This document shows, piece by piece, positions 27,615 to 39,400 of a DNA stretch of 64,000 bases. The stretch is taken from the NCBI RefSeq assembly GCF_009914755.1, contig NC_060938.1; one strand, given 5' to 3'. Source of the stretch: the human T2T-CHM13v2.0 reference genome, Homo sapiens. The position numbers and the translations under genes are program-made. The notes below the pieces were generated by a model, which saw nothing but the letters and a program-made list of their open reading frames with translations, was not told the DNA's origin and ran no database searches. Positions within the stretch are counted from its first letter, which is position 1. Every line of letters starts with the position of its first letter.

Positions 27615-28440
27615 AAAGATGATAGCATGTTAAAAGGACACAGGAGCCAACTGAAATAGCTCCTCGTGGATCAATGGTGATAGAATTGGATTATAACCCA
27701 AGGAATAAAATAAATATCCATGATTTTATATTAATATGAGTAAATAAATAAATTAATTATTGGGGAAGAGGACAACTGTTTCTTACAGAAGAATTCCAAT
27801 TAATAAATGCAGAAGAAATGAAGGAGATAGAAAACACCATTAGAACACTAGAGTAGTAATCACTACAGCCATGATCAACCAATAAATGCTAAAATTAGTG
27901 AGAGAAAGTTTATGGAGCAACAAGATAGCTTCCAATTACCTTACTGAAAATATTTATTAATTACAAAAGGGAAAGCAGTAACTTTTCATGGAGAAGCCTG
28001 GCAGACACCATCTTAAACAAGAGATCAAGGTTAACATCACTTCATTTTATAAGATATGAGCAAACATAAGACAAATCCAAAATGCAAGACATTTTACAAA
28101 CCCCTGAACATTAGTTTTCAAAAGTGTCAAGGTCGAAAGACAAGGAAAGACAGAGAAACTGTCACAGATCAAAAGCAGCTAAGGAGACATGACAACTAAA
28201 TACAATATAGGATCCTGGATTGATTACTGGAACAGAATAAGGACCCAAGTGAACTAAGTTGATAGTTTAGTTAATAGTATTGTACCAATGTTAGTTTCTA
28301 GGTTTTATGAGTATATCACTGTATGGCAATATGTTAACATTAAGCGAAATTGGAGAAATGAAACATTGCAAGTCTTTGTACTGTCTCTGCAACTTTTCTG
28401 TAAGTCTAAAATTATTTCAAAATTTAGAATTAGAAAACAT
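27615..28440 (+). mobile_element. L1MC3-like 3'UTR fragment
   Basis: aaaggacacaggagccaactgaaa, cttacagaagaattccaa, gagaagcctggcagacaccatctt, tgcaacttttctgtaagtctaaaattatttc. Confidence 0.7.
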
Positions 28441-28446
28441 ATGAAA

Positions 28447-28477
28447 CACACACACACACACACACACACATACACAT
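28447..28477. repeat. (CA)n microsatellite
   Basis: Direct reading of the sequence. Confidence 0.9.
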
Positions 28478-28853
28478 AAACAAAGGCCAAACAAAGAAAG
28501 CTCACTTGAGGTTTTGTGCCAAAGTACTACCAGATGCTCCACTTCCACTTCAGAATTCTGACTAATAGCATATGTTCACAAACAACGGAGATAACTGGTT
28601 GATCCATATGCTTTACTCCAAGACAACTTTGTTAGTATGTCTAGAGAACACAGGGGGTCTCCCATGACCCTCACTAAACCTAGGCTCTGGGAATCACATC
28701 TCCCACACTTCAGTGCCCAATCCCATCAGACAAGCTAGAGAATGACACGCCTCCCACCACACTGGGGAAAATCTGTCCTCTTTTGTTCACCAAGAGGGAA
28801 AAGGTAAAGAAGCAGCAGTAACATATGATTTGAAAGCAACAAGTCCAAGGAGA

Positions 28854-29274
28854 TGTTTAAAAGGTGAACTGAGACATAATAACATTCTTTAAGAGTTTAT
28901 TTGCACAAACAGCAATTCAGGCATCTGGCAGCTCCAAACCAGAAGTAGCTTGGGAGCTCCATAAAGGAAACATATAGATGAATAGGAAAGTAAAGCAAAG
29001 GAAATATTTGATGGGTTACCTACACACAGTTGGCTTATTTGGTCTATCCCATTGGAAAGTCTCTAGTTGTATCATTATAAGTTAGTTGGCTACTTTTGAT
29101 TGGTTGAGACTAAGTTCTGTTGTTCTTCAAGATAGACATTTACAAGAAATAGCTCAAGTTAAGTTTTGCTTATGTTTGGAAATCAAGCAAGGTTAAGGTC
29201 ATGTATGAAGCTTAACTGACTTTGTCTGCTCAGTGATTCGTCAAGCCTGGTCTCTATTTTCATTTACTTTAACA
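28854..29274 (-). mobile_element. ERV1 solo LTR (MER57/MER93-like)
   Basis: Termini tgtttaaa...tttaaca; the reverse strand starts tgttaaagtaaatgaaaatagagaccagg and contains a CCAAT box (gattggtt on the + strand). Confidence 0.7.
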
Positions 29275-31545
29275 AGCATGAGAGGAACAAGCTGAGGCCC
29301 CTGCTTTCAGTGTTGTCACAGCCCCCTGTTACCAGGGCCAGTGGATGCCAAGCTCTCCCTCATTCCTTGTCTCATCAATCAGATGGATTGCTCCTTTACC
29401 CAGGGTGAGACTGCATGAAATAAGTATCCATAGGTGTTTTTCCAATATGATCGTCTCTTGATGTGTGCATTGAAAATCCTTTCATAGAAACATAAGAATG
29501 AAGGGAATAAGGGTTTTGTCTAAAATTTAATAAAACAAAAACTTTCTCAAAGGATGAATCATGAAAATATTTATTTTTTGCTTTACTCTCCATGGTATGG
29601 TTAAAAGATATGCTATATTTTTCAGAAAATACAGGATCGAGGATAAAAAGGAGATTAGGGAAAATGAAACTTATAAAACTTTATACTTCCCAAAGGAAAT
29701 ATATAAAGGGAAACTTGTTTAAGAATATGGCAACATCTCTGCATTTAATAAGATCGCTAATGTTGATTGGGGAATTCCAGCCTATTTATAGAAATAAATG
29801 ATAGGTTGGTAAGTAATTTAAAAAACTGCTCTATAAATACAAATATGTAGAACCTGGCCATACTAATACAATACTAACTGACAACACTGAGTGTAGAATA
29901 TCCCCTTAGAAATGAGCAACATTTAAAATATGAGAGATAATGAAGGATGGGTGAGTTTTCATCTACTTTCAAGATGTCAGAGGCCTCTGGGGTAGCTTAT
30001 AAAAGCTGGAGCTTTATAAAGGTATAAAAAGCAAAATAGATGTTCCCAATGTAGATATAATTAATGTATAATTAAGAGAAAAAGTTGAGAAGTTAAAGCA
30101 GAGAGTAAAGATGCATCAGCAAATGGGTGGCACCAAATATAGACATGATCAGAATCACAAACACAGGAAAATAAAACAGAAAGAGAAACAGATGTGTCAT
30201 AGTCTTGGCAAGGAGACAAGATACAAAGGTGAATGTTGGTTGGGCAGCAAAACTGACCATAATAAGCAACTATGGGAAAATGAGGTGTTTTTTACAGCAA
30301 TTTAAAGAAAGGCTTAGAGGGGAGTGTTAGCAATATTAAGTCTGAAAAAGGGAAAAAAAAAGGATTTAACTGCAGACATTACAGTGAACACAATTAATTT
30401 GCTGATCTGAAGAATAAACATTTGAGTGGGTTGAATGATCTCAGAATTGATTTCAGCAAAGCTTCTGAGTATAGCCTGGGCAAACACTTGGTGGTCCTTA
30501 GTCTACCTAGAAGAAAGAGTGACCAGTGCTGTGAAACGAAGCTTGCCACCCATGATGTGCTAAAGAGGAGAAACGGAGGATACTAGGAAGTAGAGGAAAT
30601 GCTCTACTGCACAGGCTGAGGAACAAGGGCCCAAAGACAAGACACAGAGAGGAAGGAATTAGCTAAGACACGGAGGAAGTGGAGGAAGGGTTCTTATAAT
30701 TTGAGAATAAAAGGTTTCAATGGACAATGACCCTTTCCACAAAAATATACAAAGATATTCCAGATGAGCTTTGAGAACATTATATACCAAGGTGACCAGC
30801 AGAGACAGAAAAACATTAAAGTGCATGGGGCTATTTAATATATGTGGCTTGAAGATCTGTCAGGGAAAGCCCATCTCCAATTTAAGGGGAAGTTCAGTGT
30901 AGAGGTGAAAGCAAAAATGGTGACACAGAACCAGAGGTAGCTCTAAATGAGGGAGATTCTGGTGAAAATTACACGAGGAAAGGTGAATTTTTCTAAAGTC
31001 ACCTGTTTTTATCATTTTGCAAAACCTGACTCACATATTTTGCCTTTTTTACCTTCTTTTCCACTCATTTTTGTAAGGTTGTAGTCTTATTAATTTATTA
31101 GTAATTAACAATAATTACTTCTTAACCATGGGTAAATTGTCTTTTTAATTGATTAATGTGCATATAAAGTGCCTCATAAATTATTACTACAGCATATTTG
31201 GAGTTTCCATAGTTATCAAGGACAATCAAGCTGTGTTTACATATACTTAGATTGACCTAAACTTTGCAGAATTCCTATTGGTTGAATTTTCTCGACTTAA
31301 TTATCCCAAATGTGACTCAAGGACTCTCAATCACAAGAATACAAGTCACAGTGAATAATTTTGTAGTGAATTAATATTAATAGCTAATGATTTTTGAGTA
31401 CTTACCAGGTGCCACAAACTCTGCTAAGTGCAAAAATGTATCATCTGAATGTCTCTTCAATGAGAATCCATGACATAGTACAGTACTAATTTTACAATTA
31501 AGAAATAAGGTTCAGAAAAGTTAAACAATCCACTGAAGGTCACAA

Positions 31546-31917
31546 TGTTAGCCTACTCGGGCTGCCATACAAGATACCACAGACTGGGTGGCTTAATCAA
31601 CAGAAACGTATTTTCTCACAGCTCTGGAGGCTAAAAGGGGCCAGGAGGGTTGGTTTCTGGTGAGATCTTTCTTCTTGGCTTGCCAACAACTACCTTCTTG
31701 CTGTGGCCTTTCCTCTGTGTCAGTATGGAGAGGGAGAGAGCTCAGTGTCTCTTCCTCTTCTTACAAGGACACCAGTCCTATCAGATTAGGATCCTACCCT
31801 TATGACATCATTTAACCTTAATTACTTCCTTAAAGGCCCTATCTCCAATATATAGTCACATTGGGGGTGAGGACTTTAAAATATGAATTTTGGGGGAAAC
31901 CAATTCAGTTCATAATA
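31546..31917 (-). mobile_element. MaLR solo LTR (MLT1A-like) nested in a MIR
   Basis: gggctgccatacaagataccacagactgggtggctta...cttacaaggacaccagtcct...ggccctatctccaa; MIR halves at ~31380-31545 and ~31918-31975. Confidence 0.85.
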
Positions 31918-32843
31918 GTTAATAAAGGAAGGAGTGAGGATTGAAACCCAGAAGTTCAATTCCAGATCCTGTCCTATTGTACTTTTCTGCCTTCATATGC
32001 CATATAGATGAAAGTACGTACGCAGCACGTAACTGTTTTTATATAATTTTAAGTAAAATACCTAGCCATTTATTTTCCTATCACAGATCAAACATGTATA
32101 ACCTGTCTCTCATGAAAAAAAATGGGTAAATTCATAGTTTATAGTTTGTGGAAGTTAAACTCTTGAATTAATGGTAGTATGACTGTTATCTGCACGTAGA
32201 GTTTTCTGCTTCAGAAAATTAGGCTAGATGACATTCACTGAGGCTGAGTATACCATGATTGGGGTAGAAAGTATTAGGTGTTTGTCTGAATTAACTTAAG
32301 GTAAATTTGAATCTATATGCAAGCCAAGCCCAGTTGAGGATAAGAACATTTATCTATCTATTTACTAAGCCTACATTATAATCAGGTGCTAGACACTGTG
32401 CCCTCAGGTAGTCATGAGTATAGGAAAGTCAATGAGAATGATGCTTACTCCCATAGGAAAGCATAATAGGTTCTGGGGGTCTGTGCTGTGTGAAATGGGA
32501 ATATAAAAGAGGGTGTGGCAATTCATACATAACATGTATGAATATCGACCAAGGGGCAAGTGCAGGCTAGGGAAGCAGATGAAAGGCAATCAAATAAGTG
32601 CAAATTCAGGAAAGGGAGAAACCAAGAGAAGTTCAATTGTATTGATAATTTTAAAATAGGAGATAAAGTGATCAGATGTCTTTGGTATCCTTTAATAGGG
32701 AAGAAGATAAAATTAGAATGGGAAATTAAGCCCCCCCAAATTATGTAAAATAAACCAAGCTGGTAGTGTTTTCTACCAGTTTTTCTTATATATCTCAATT
32801 ATGAGTATATAATCAGGGATCAAGGCAAAGACTCCTATGCATG

Positions 32844-32871
32844 CACACACACACACACACACACACACACA
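32844..32871. repeat. (CA)n microsatellite
   Basis: Direct reading of the sequence. Confidence 0.9.
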
Positions 32872-34499
32872 GATGCAAAGTTGAAACATCAAAGGAGTTC
32901 CTCTCAGTAGAATGTGCCTAAGAAGACAGAAGAATGTGGAGAATACGCCTCTAAAAGAAATGCACAGAGGCAGGATATAGCACGCTTGAGGAGAAAGATT
33001 TTTTTTTAAGTTCTTAAGAGGTCATCAAAATATAAGAATCAGGGAAAAGCAGAGTCACTGCATGTGTACTTTACTTAACAAAGGGCCAGCTACAATGAAT
33101 ATAAACTCCAGGTTCAAGAATGCCTGGTGACACTAACACCAGAGGACAGTGGAGAGAAGAGGTGGCAGGGCTACAATGGGTCTGTGACCTGCTGTTGAGA
33201 TGGCAAAGGTACATAAAAATTATTCCCTGCAGATTCATGGAAAGCCTCCCTGGAAAAGGATAGGTTGTTCACATCTGACTCTCTTATTTGTGAGCTGATT
33301 ACAGAAAGAGAGCTTCAATTTCAAAGCTTAAGTATTTTTGTCTATACTCTTCTTCTAACAGGTGTTCAGTCAGGAGAAAAAAGACCTAACACTGGTCCAG
33401 GATGTTTGCCCACTTTCTTGAGATTTAAAATTCAGAGAGGGAGATGAAACATCCATATCCACACACAAGATTTTAAAAAATACCATTAGAAAAACTAAGT
33501 CATTGTAAATGCCAAGTATACAACAGTTATTAAGAGGAGAGTGAAATTGCAGGAAATCTCTGAAGGAGATATGCACCCTTGGGAAGAATCAAATATGCAA
33601 AGAAGGTAATAAATTTCTGAAGCCTTCTTTGAATTTCCATATTTCATTTGAATAAAACTTTTGGGCACTCCCTTAGGTTATGTGGCAGTGGAAGCCAGAT
33701 TCATTCTAAATCTCCTGAAGTGGTTAAATTATCATCTAATTCATTTTGGTTTTACTTGATTGCCACAAAACCTGGAAAATGTTAATAAATCAAGATGTCT
33801 TGGTGATGACTTATTTTTGGAAATACATAGTACTTAAAGAATTTAGTATAATAGTCCATGTTGAAAATTGTTCCAAGTTTTCTTTGTTATGCTTCCTTCT
33901 AAAGATTTTCCCATCATTCATTATTTAAAAAATTAACTGGGTTTAACAGAGAACTGGCTAGCCTATAATCTTGTCAGCTGAGCACAATTGCCTATAGAAA
34001 AGACACTTGGGGAATTTATTTTTACCTTGGGGTGGATTTGTTGCCGTAATGGACCTAGTTCTTGTTGTTACCTAATTTTAAATGTGTAAGCCTTCTTAGA
34101 GGCAGGACTTAGGTGTTGTTTAAGATTGATACTTTGACATCCTTCCAGATGATTCTCCGTTTTTGACAGGTAAGTTCACTCTCCTCTACTACCTGAAATG
34201 TTTCCCTTGCAGTTTTGTATTTTTAGACTTTGTAGTTGGAAGTCATTTTTCTTTTCCTTGTTTTTCCACTTCTCTTCATTATCTTTTCCTTCTCCCCTCC
34301 CTTATTGACCTGCACAACAGCACCAAGCATGAGTAAATAACATAGTTCTTTGGCTGGAGGACCGTGTCTAACTCACAAAGGGGCTGACTGATGTGAATCT
34401 GGAGTGAGTTCTCCATAGCAGTTTGCTGGGTGCCCTCCATCCAAAAACCTGCCCAGCATCATTCTCACTATTTCTTCCTTATATCCCACATTATATGAT

Positions 34500-34826
34500 A
34501 GCCCTATTGAACTAATTCACAATTCCTTACATTTCATCCTCCTCCCTGCTCTCTTCACTGTGTACAGGCTGCTCCTCTGCCTGGAGCACTCCTTCCCCAA
34601 CTTCTACGTGCATCTCAAGATGGAGCCAATAAGTCTTCCCTCATTCGTCCCATCTCCATTCCCCAGCCTCTGTCGGTCACCACCTTCTCTGTGCATCTTT
34701 TCATCATGGCCTGGACCATGAAGCTCTGTGCTTTTTCATTAACTGATCTGAGAGTCCCTCCCCTACCTGCCTTGGCATGGCACCTGGCCCAGAGCAAATG
34801 CTTAATAGATTCCTTTGGATGAATGA
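34500..34826 (+). mobile_element. L2 3' fragment
   Basis: gctgctcctctgcctggagcactcc...cttggcatggcacctggcccagagcaaatgcttaatagattcctttggatgaatga. Confidence 0.6.
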
Positions 34827-35514
34827 GGACAAAGAGGGTGTGCAGATAGCATTTACAGAAGACACAGGTTGTACTTGAGAGTCATCATGCTGGATGATAA
34901 AAGCAGGTTCCGAAAAAACAGCAAACCACATTTGACAGGAAGGAATTTCATAAGAGAAAAATGTCAAGTTTTGTGCTTAGCTTCTAAACAACCAACTGAA
35001 GATGTGTAGAGTTGTGGAATATTAGTTTAGGTAAATAATACTTCATGGTTTATTTGACTCTAGCTCAAGCTCATAGAATCCAAAAGTTCAAAAGCACACT
35101 ACAGGCCACTTCGTTTAACCCTCTCCTTGGTTTATGATCATTGAGTTCCCTCAACAATGTGCCTTCTAAGGAACATTTTTTTTTCTTCTGTGTGAACACT
35201 TCCACAACTTTGTCAGCCATGTGCTAGTTGACAAAATGAAATAACATAAAATAAAAATTTTTAGGTGTGTCAGTGAAAATAGCATGCCCAAAGGGGTAAT
35301 TGTGTGGTTGTTCTCACTTCTATTATGACAGTTATCATACTGCATTATTGACAAGCATTTGTGTCCTTATGTAACTTCTCTATTGTAATGTGAGTTCTTT
35401 GAAAACAGAATCTCTGCCCTGTCAGCCTTCCTATTCCTAGTATCCAGTATGAGGTACTCAATAAACAAATGCCGACTGCAAGAATAAATGACGACTCCAT
35501 GACTGTGACATGCA

Positions 35515-36400
35515 CGGGTTAGCACAGTGGACTGGGAGTGCAGGGCTCTGATGTCAGCCTTGAGTTAGAACAGCAGCCCTACCATGTACTAGCTTTGTGA
35601 CCTGTGGCATCTCATCTCACCTCTCTAAGCCTCAGGGGCTTTTTTTGGCTAAAATAATAATAAATGTTTTGAGGGTTAAATGAGAAAATAAATGTAAGCA
35701 TCCAGCATTGTCATCCTTCTTGAAATCACATTAATAGAAATACTGACAAAGAAAATCCAGAATGATGAAGAAACCTAAATCCATATCATATAGTGAATAG
35801 TTCGGGGTACTTAGAATGTTTTCCCCTAAAGAAGGGAAGGCTTGGAGGGAACCATGACAGTTGAATTATTAATGCAAATAATAATAACCTATGTGCTTGA
35901 TGTTTTATTTAAGAAAGAGCTTCTACTTGTTATGTTTATTGGGTTTTCACAATAGCTGCATAACATAGGGAAGGAGAGCAGGCATGCATCACTATTCTTA
36001 GGCCATAAATGAAGAAACTAAGGCACACAGTTGCTGCATGCCTAATACCACACAGCTGAGCATAATGAAATTTGGGCTGACCCCAGGTGTGCTGGTTTGT
36101 GGACCATTTCTCTTTCTTCCACAGCACCTATCCTCTAGATGCGCATGGAAGGTGAATCTTACTTACGTGGAAGTCAAAGTACAGATTAATGGATAAAAAA
36201 TCATAAATAAGTGGATAATGCCTCATTATAGAGAGGAGTTTTTGAAATAATGACAGTGATCCCAAATCACAACTGAATGAAGAGCCTTATGAAGTAGTAA
36301 ACTCCCTGATTCTTTGTATTTAAGCAGAGAATGAATGCCCACCCATTGGAGATGTTGGGAAATAGTGGACACGAAGATGTCTAAGCTTCTTTTGAACACT
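35515..36400. mobile_element. Cluster of MIR fragments and an L3/CR1 remnant
   Basis: MIR cores at ~35520-35710 (+) and ~35930-36110 (-); L3-like tagaatgttttcccctaaagaagggaaggct and gaagtagtaaactccctg...gtatttaagcagag. Confidence 0.5.
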
Positions 36401-39400
36401 AGCTATGACTCTAAGTCACTTATTCACAAAATATAGAATTCTACTCATTAAAAAATTCCCTGTTTACTCCTCACAAAAATATTACGAAGTGACAACAATG
36501 GGGACTCTGAGGTCTTGAAAAGAAAATTGTTTTAATTCAAAGAGGTTTTACATTTATCAGTGAAAAAAGGGGGAAAAAAGTCTTTCACATCAGTGTATCT
36601 AACAGGTGATTCTTTGCTAATGATTCAGGAAAATTTCTTGACTCTTACATTGTTTGTGGAAATTCTAATATATGTCCTCTCCAAACAAGGCTAGTTTGTA
36701 AACATGGTCTATGTAACAAGAACTATCATAGCCTAAACTTTTTGAAATTATGGATATTACTTTAAATCTGTAACTCTATCCCAGTTGAGATCATCTCAAC
36801 AGTGTTTATAGGCAACATACAAATTAGACATAATTAAAGATGATGCATTCACATGTTTTAATTACTGCTCTCCTATGCAGTAGTTTGACTAAATGTAAAA
36901 ATTATCTCAGGGCACAATATTCCAAGGGATGCACAGAAATAAAAAAGTTTTGCAATTTTAATTTGCTCTACCACTCCACTCTGAATTTTTTTCTGAATAA
37001 TTTTAAGTATGATTAGATTTTTCCCAAATCCATTTCACACAGTTATCAGAAGGAAAATCCATAAAGTATATGGATAAACTAGATGAGAGTTTGACTCCTA
37101 ATAGAGTAAAATCTTAATTAACCCACAATGGAGAAGTTTATCATTTTTTTCTATAGAATTTTAGAAATCATCCATTAATTTTCCTTCAATTACATTTTTA
37201 AACTAAGAAAAAGACTCTAATAAGAAAATATTACATTAACTTAATTAAAATATAATAGTATAAGCACATAAGAGAGTAGTAGATTTTCTAATATTTTATA
37301 TGTATTTTAACAGAAGGGTTGCAGAACTAATAAGAGATTATTTAAATTACTTCCTAAAATTAATCTAAAATTGTTCCCAAAAGGATATTTAAAAATTCAA
37401 TTTAATTTTTTTAAAAGACATATTTCCATATATTTAGAAATATGGAAAAACTTGGTTACTGGTGGAAATTGATCACTAAATATTTAAATAGTGAAAGCCA
37501 AGTCATTTGAATTCAAGATAAGTTAAATAAAGTTGAAGATCAACTTTTATTTAACCTTTAATAGGTGAGTGTTCTCATAAAAGGAAATAGATCTTTTCAT
37601 TTCAAACTATATTTCATTCAATTATGTGCTGAATATAGAATGAAAAGCTGAGATGATGACACATTCTGACAAATGAAACAAAAAAGGTAGCAGTATCCTT
37701 TGTCAGTTTTCACTGATTATCTGGCAAAACTCAATCACAGATTTTGTGCTTTTGAGATGGAACAGCTATTTAAATGGTAATTATTATATTTATGGATTTT
37801 CATAATGCTTTGAAAGCATGAAAGCAAATAATAAAGACTTTTCTCCTGAATTATATTAGCTCAAATATAAGATCAAGAGCCGATTTTTTGGTATTTTATT
37901 GATTGTATAACTTAATGTATTCTGTAATTGCCTTTTGTAAAGTTTAAGATACTTTAGGTTACTGTTGGATGATATGGAGCATCATTGAGAAAGAAAGTAA
38001 TTGAACACATTTTTAAAATAACAATGACTTGAAAATTCTGCAATCTGATGAAATAAGAGATTCGTAGAAGCCATGGGAAATTTCAGGAGGTGAGGAGGGA
38101 ACATAGCTGTCTGTTAAGAACATCTTAGAGGCAAAGATGAGAAATTACTACCTTGGCAGTGGTTGAAACAGACACATTTGAGGAAGCAGTTTTGATTTTT
38201 AAAAATCAGCTGAAATATAGCCATGAGAATCAGAACCTGTGCCACATTCAGCGAGGCAGTACTGTGAGGCATTCTAAGTTCTGGGAGTTGTTAGAAAATG
38301 TTGTTCTGTTTGCGACATTGTGATAGCTGTGGGATATCTAGCCCTATTCACTGCATATTTCACAGTCTATTTCACATTTACTACATTTTCACTAACAAAG
38401 TTTCACCAACTGTGTTTCCATAAAACGTTTTTAAAAGACTTGAAAGTTTCTTATCACTGAGAGCATCTTTTTTTCAGTAAGATTATTTCTAATGATGCAG
38501 GACGAAAAATATGCTGAGTTAACATTTAAGAGTTGACTAGAATAGTCATCTGTGGAATTTCCAAAAAAATATTTAGTCAGAGCAGTGCATTTTGGTGCAT
38601 TTTATTTCTATTATGCATATAAAAGAATAATTATAATTTTAGCATTTCTAAACATCTTCATAGTCATTATGTAATTTGACCCTTTCTAAGGAAAACACTA
38701 ATTGTAGTTATTTGTTACGCACATTCTCTGTTCTGAGCTGAAAACGAGGTTGGCATAGTGTCATGGGCAATAATTAATAGGTAAGTATGGGGGATACCTG
38801 TTGTGTCTTTTAGAGATTTAATATCACTTTTTTAAAAACAACATTGCATTGTAAAATTAATATTTTATAATTATTATGTACTTTTATATATCATATAAAA
38901 TTTTATTTCTGCTTTAAATATAGATGGGATCATTTGATCAGTTGTGAAGCACTGAGAAAAATATAAACATAAAATGTTTTACAAGAAAATGGAGAAAGGA
39001 GACACAATTTTATTTTGCTTAAGAAGAATGAGTCAGACAAATTGGAAACCTTGACATTGCACAAAGTAGGTAGCATCATAAGAATCAACTGAATTGAGAA
39101 GCAGAACAATTTACTATGAAATATAACACAGGCTCTCTTGTGCGCTCACTTTCTCTCTCTTTCTTTTCAAATTTTCTTTTTTTCTTTACATAAGTTTTTA
39201 AGGAAGTTCTTTCCTAGCTCTATACTGGGACTGTTTTGCTAGTCATTTAATATTTAAAAACAACTTAAGTCCAAGAAATTAGAAATAGTGATGGCTTTAA
39301 ATGCAAGTATCTGTAAATCTTACAAAGTACATGTGGATGCAGCAGGCACAAACCAAAGAAGCTATGGATTTGTTTGTACTTATACGCATGATTGTAAATG

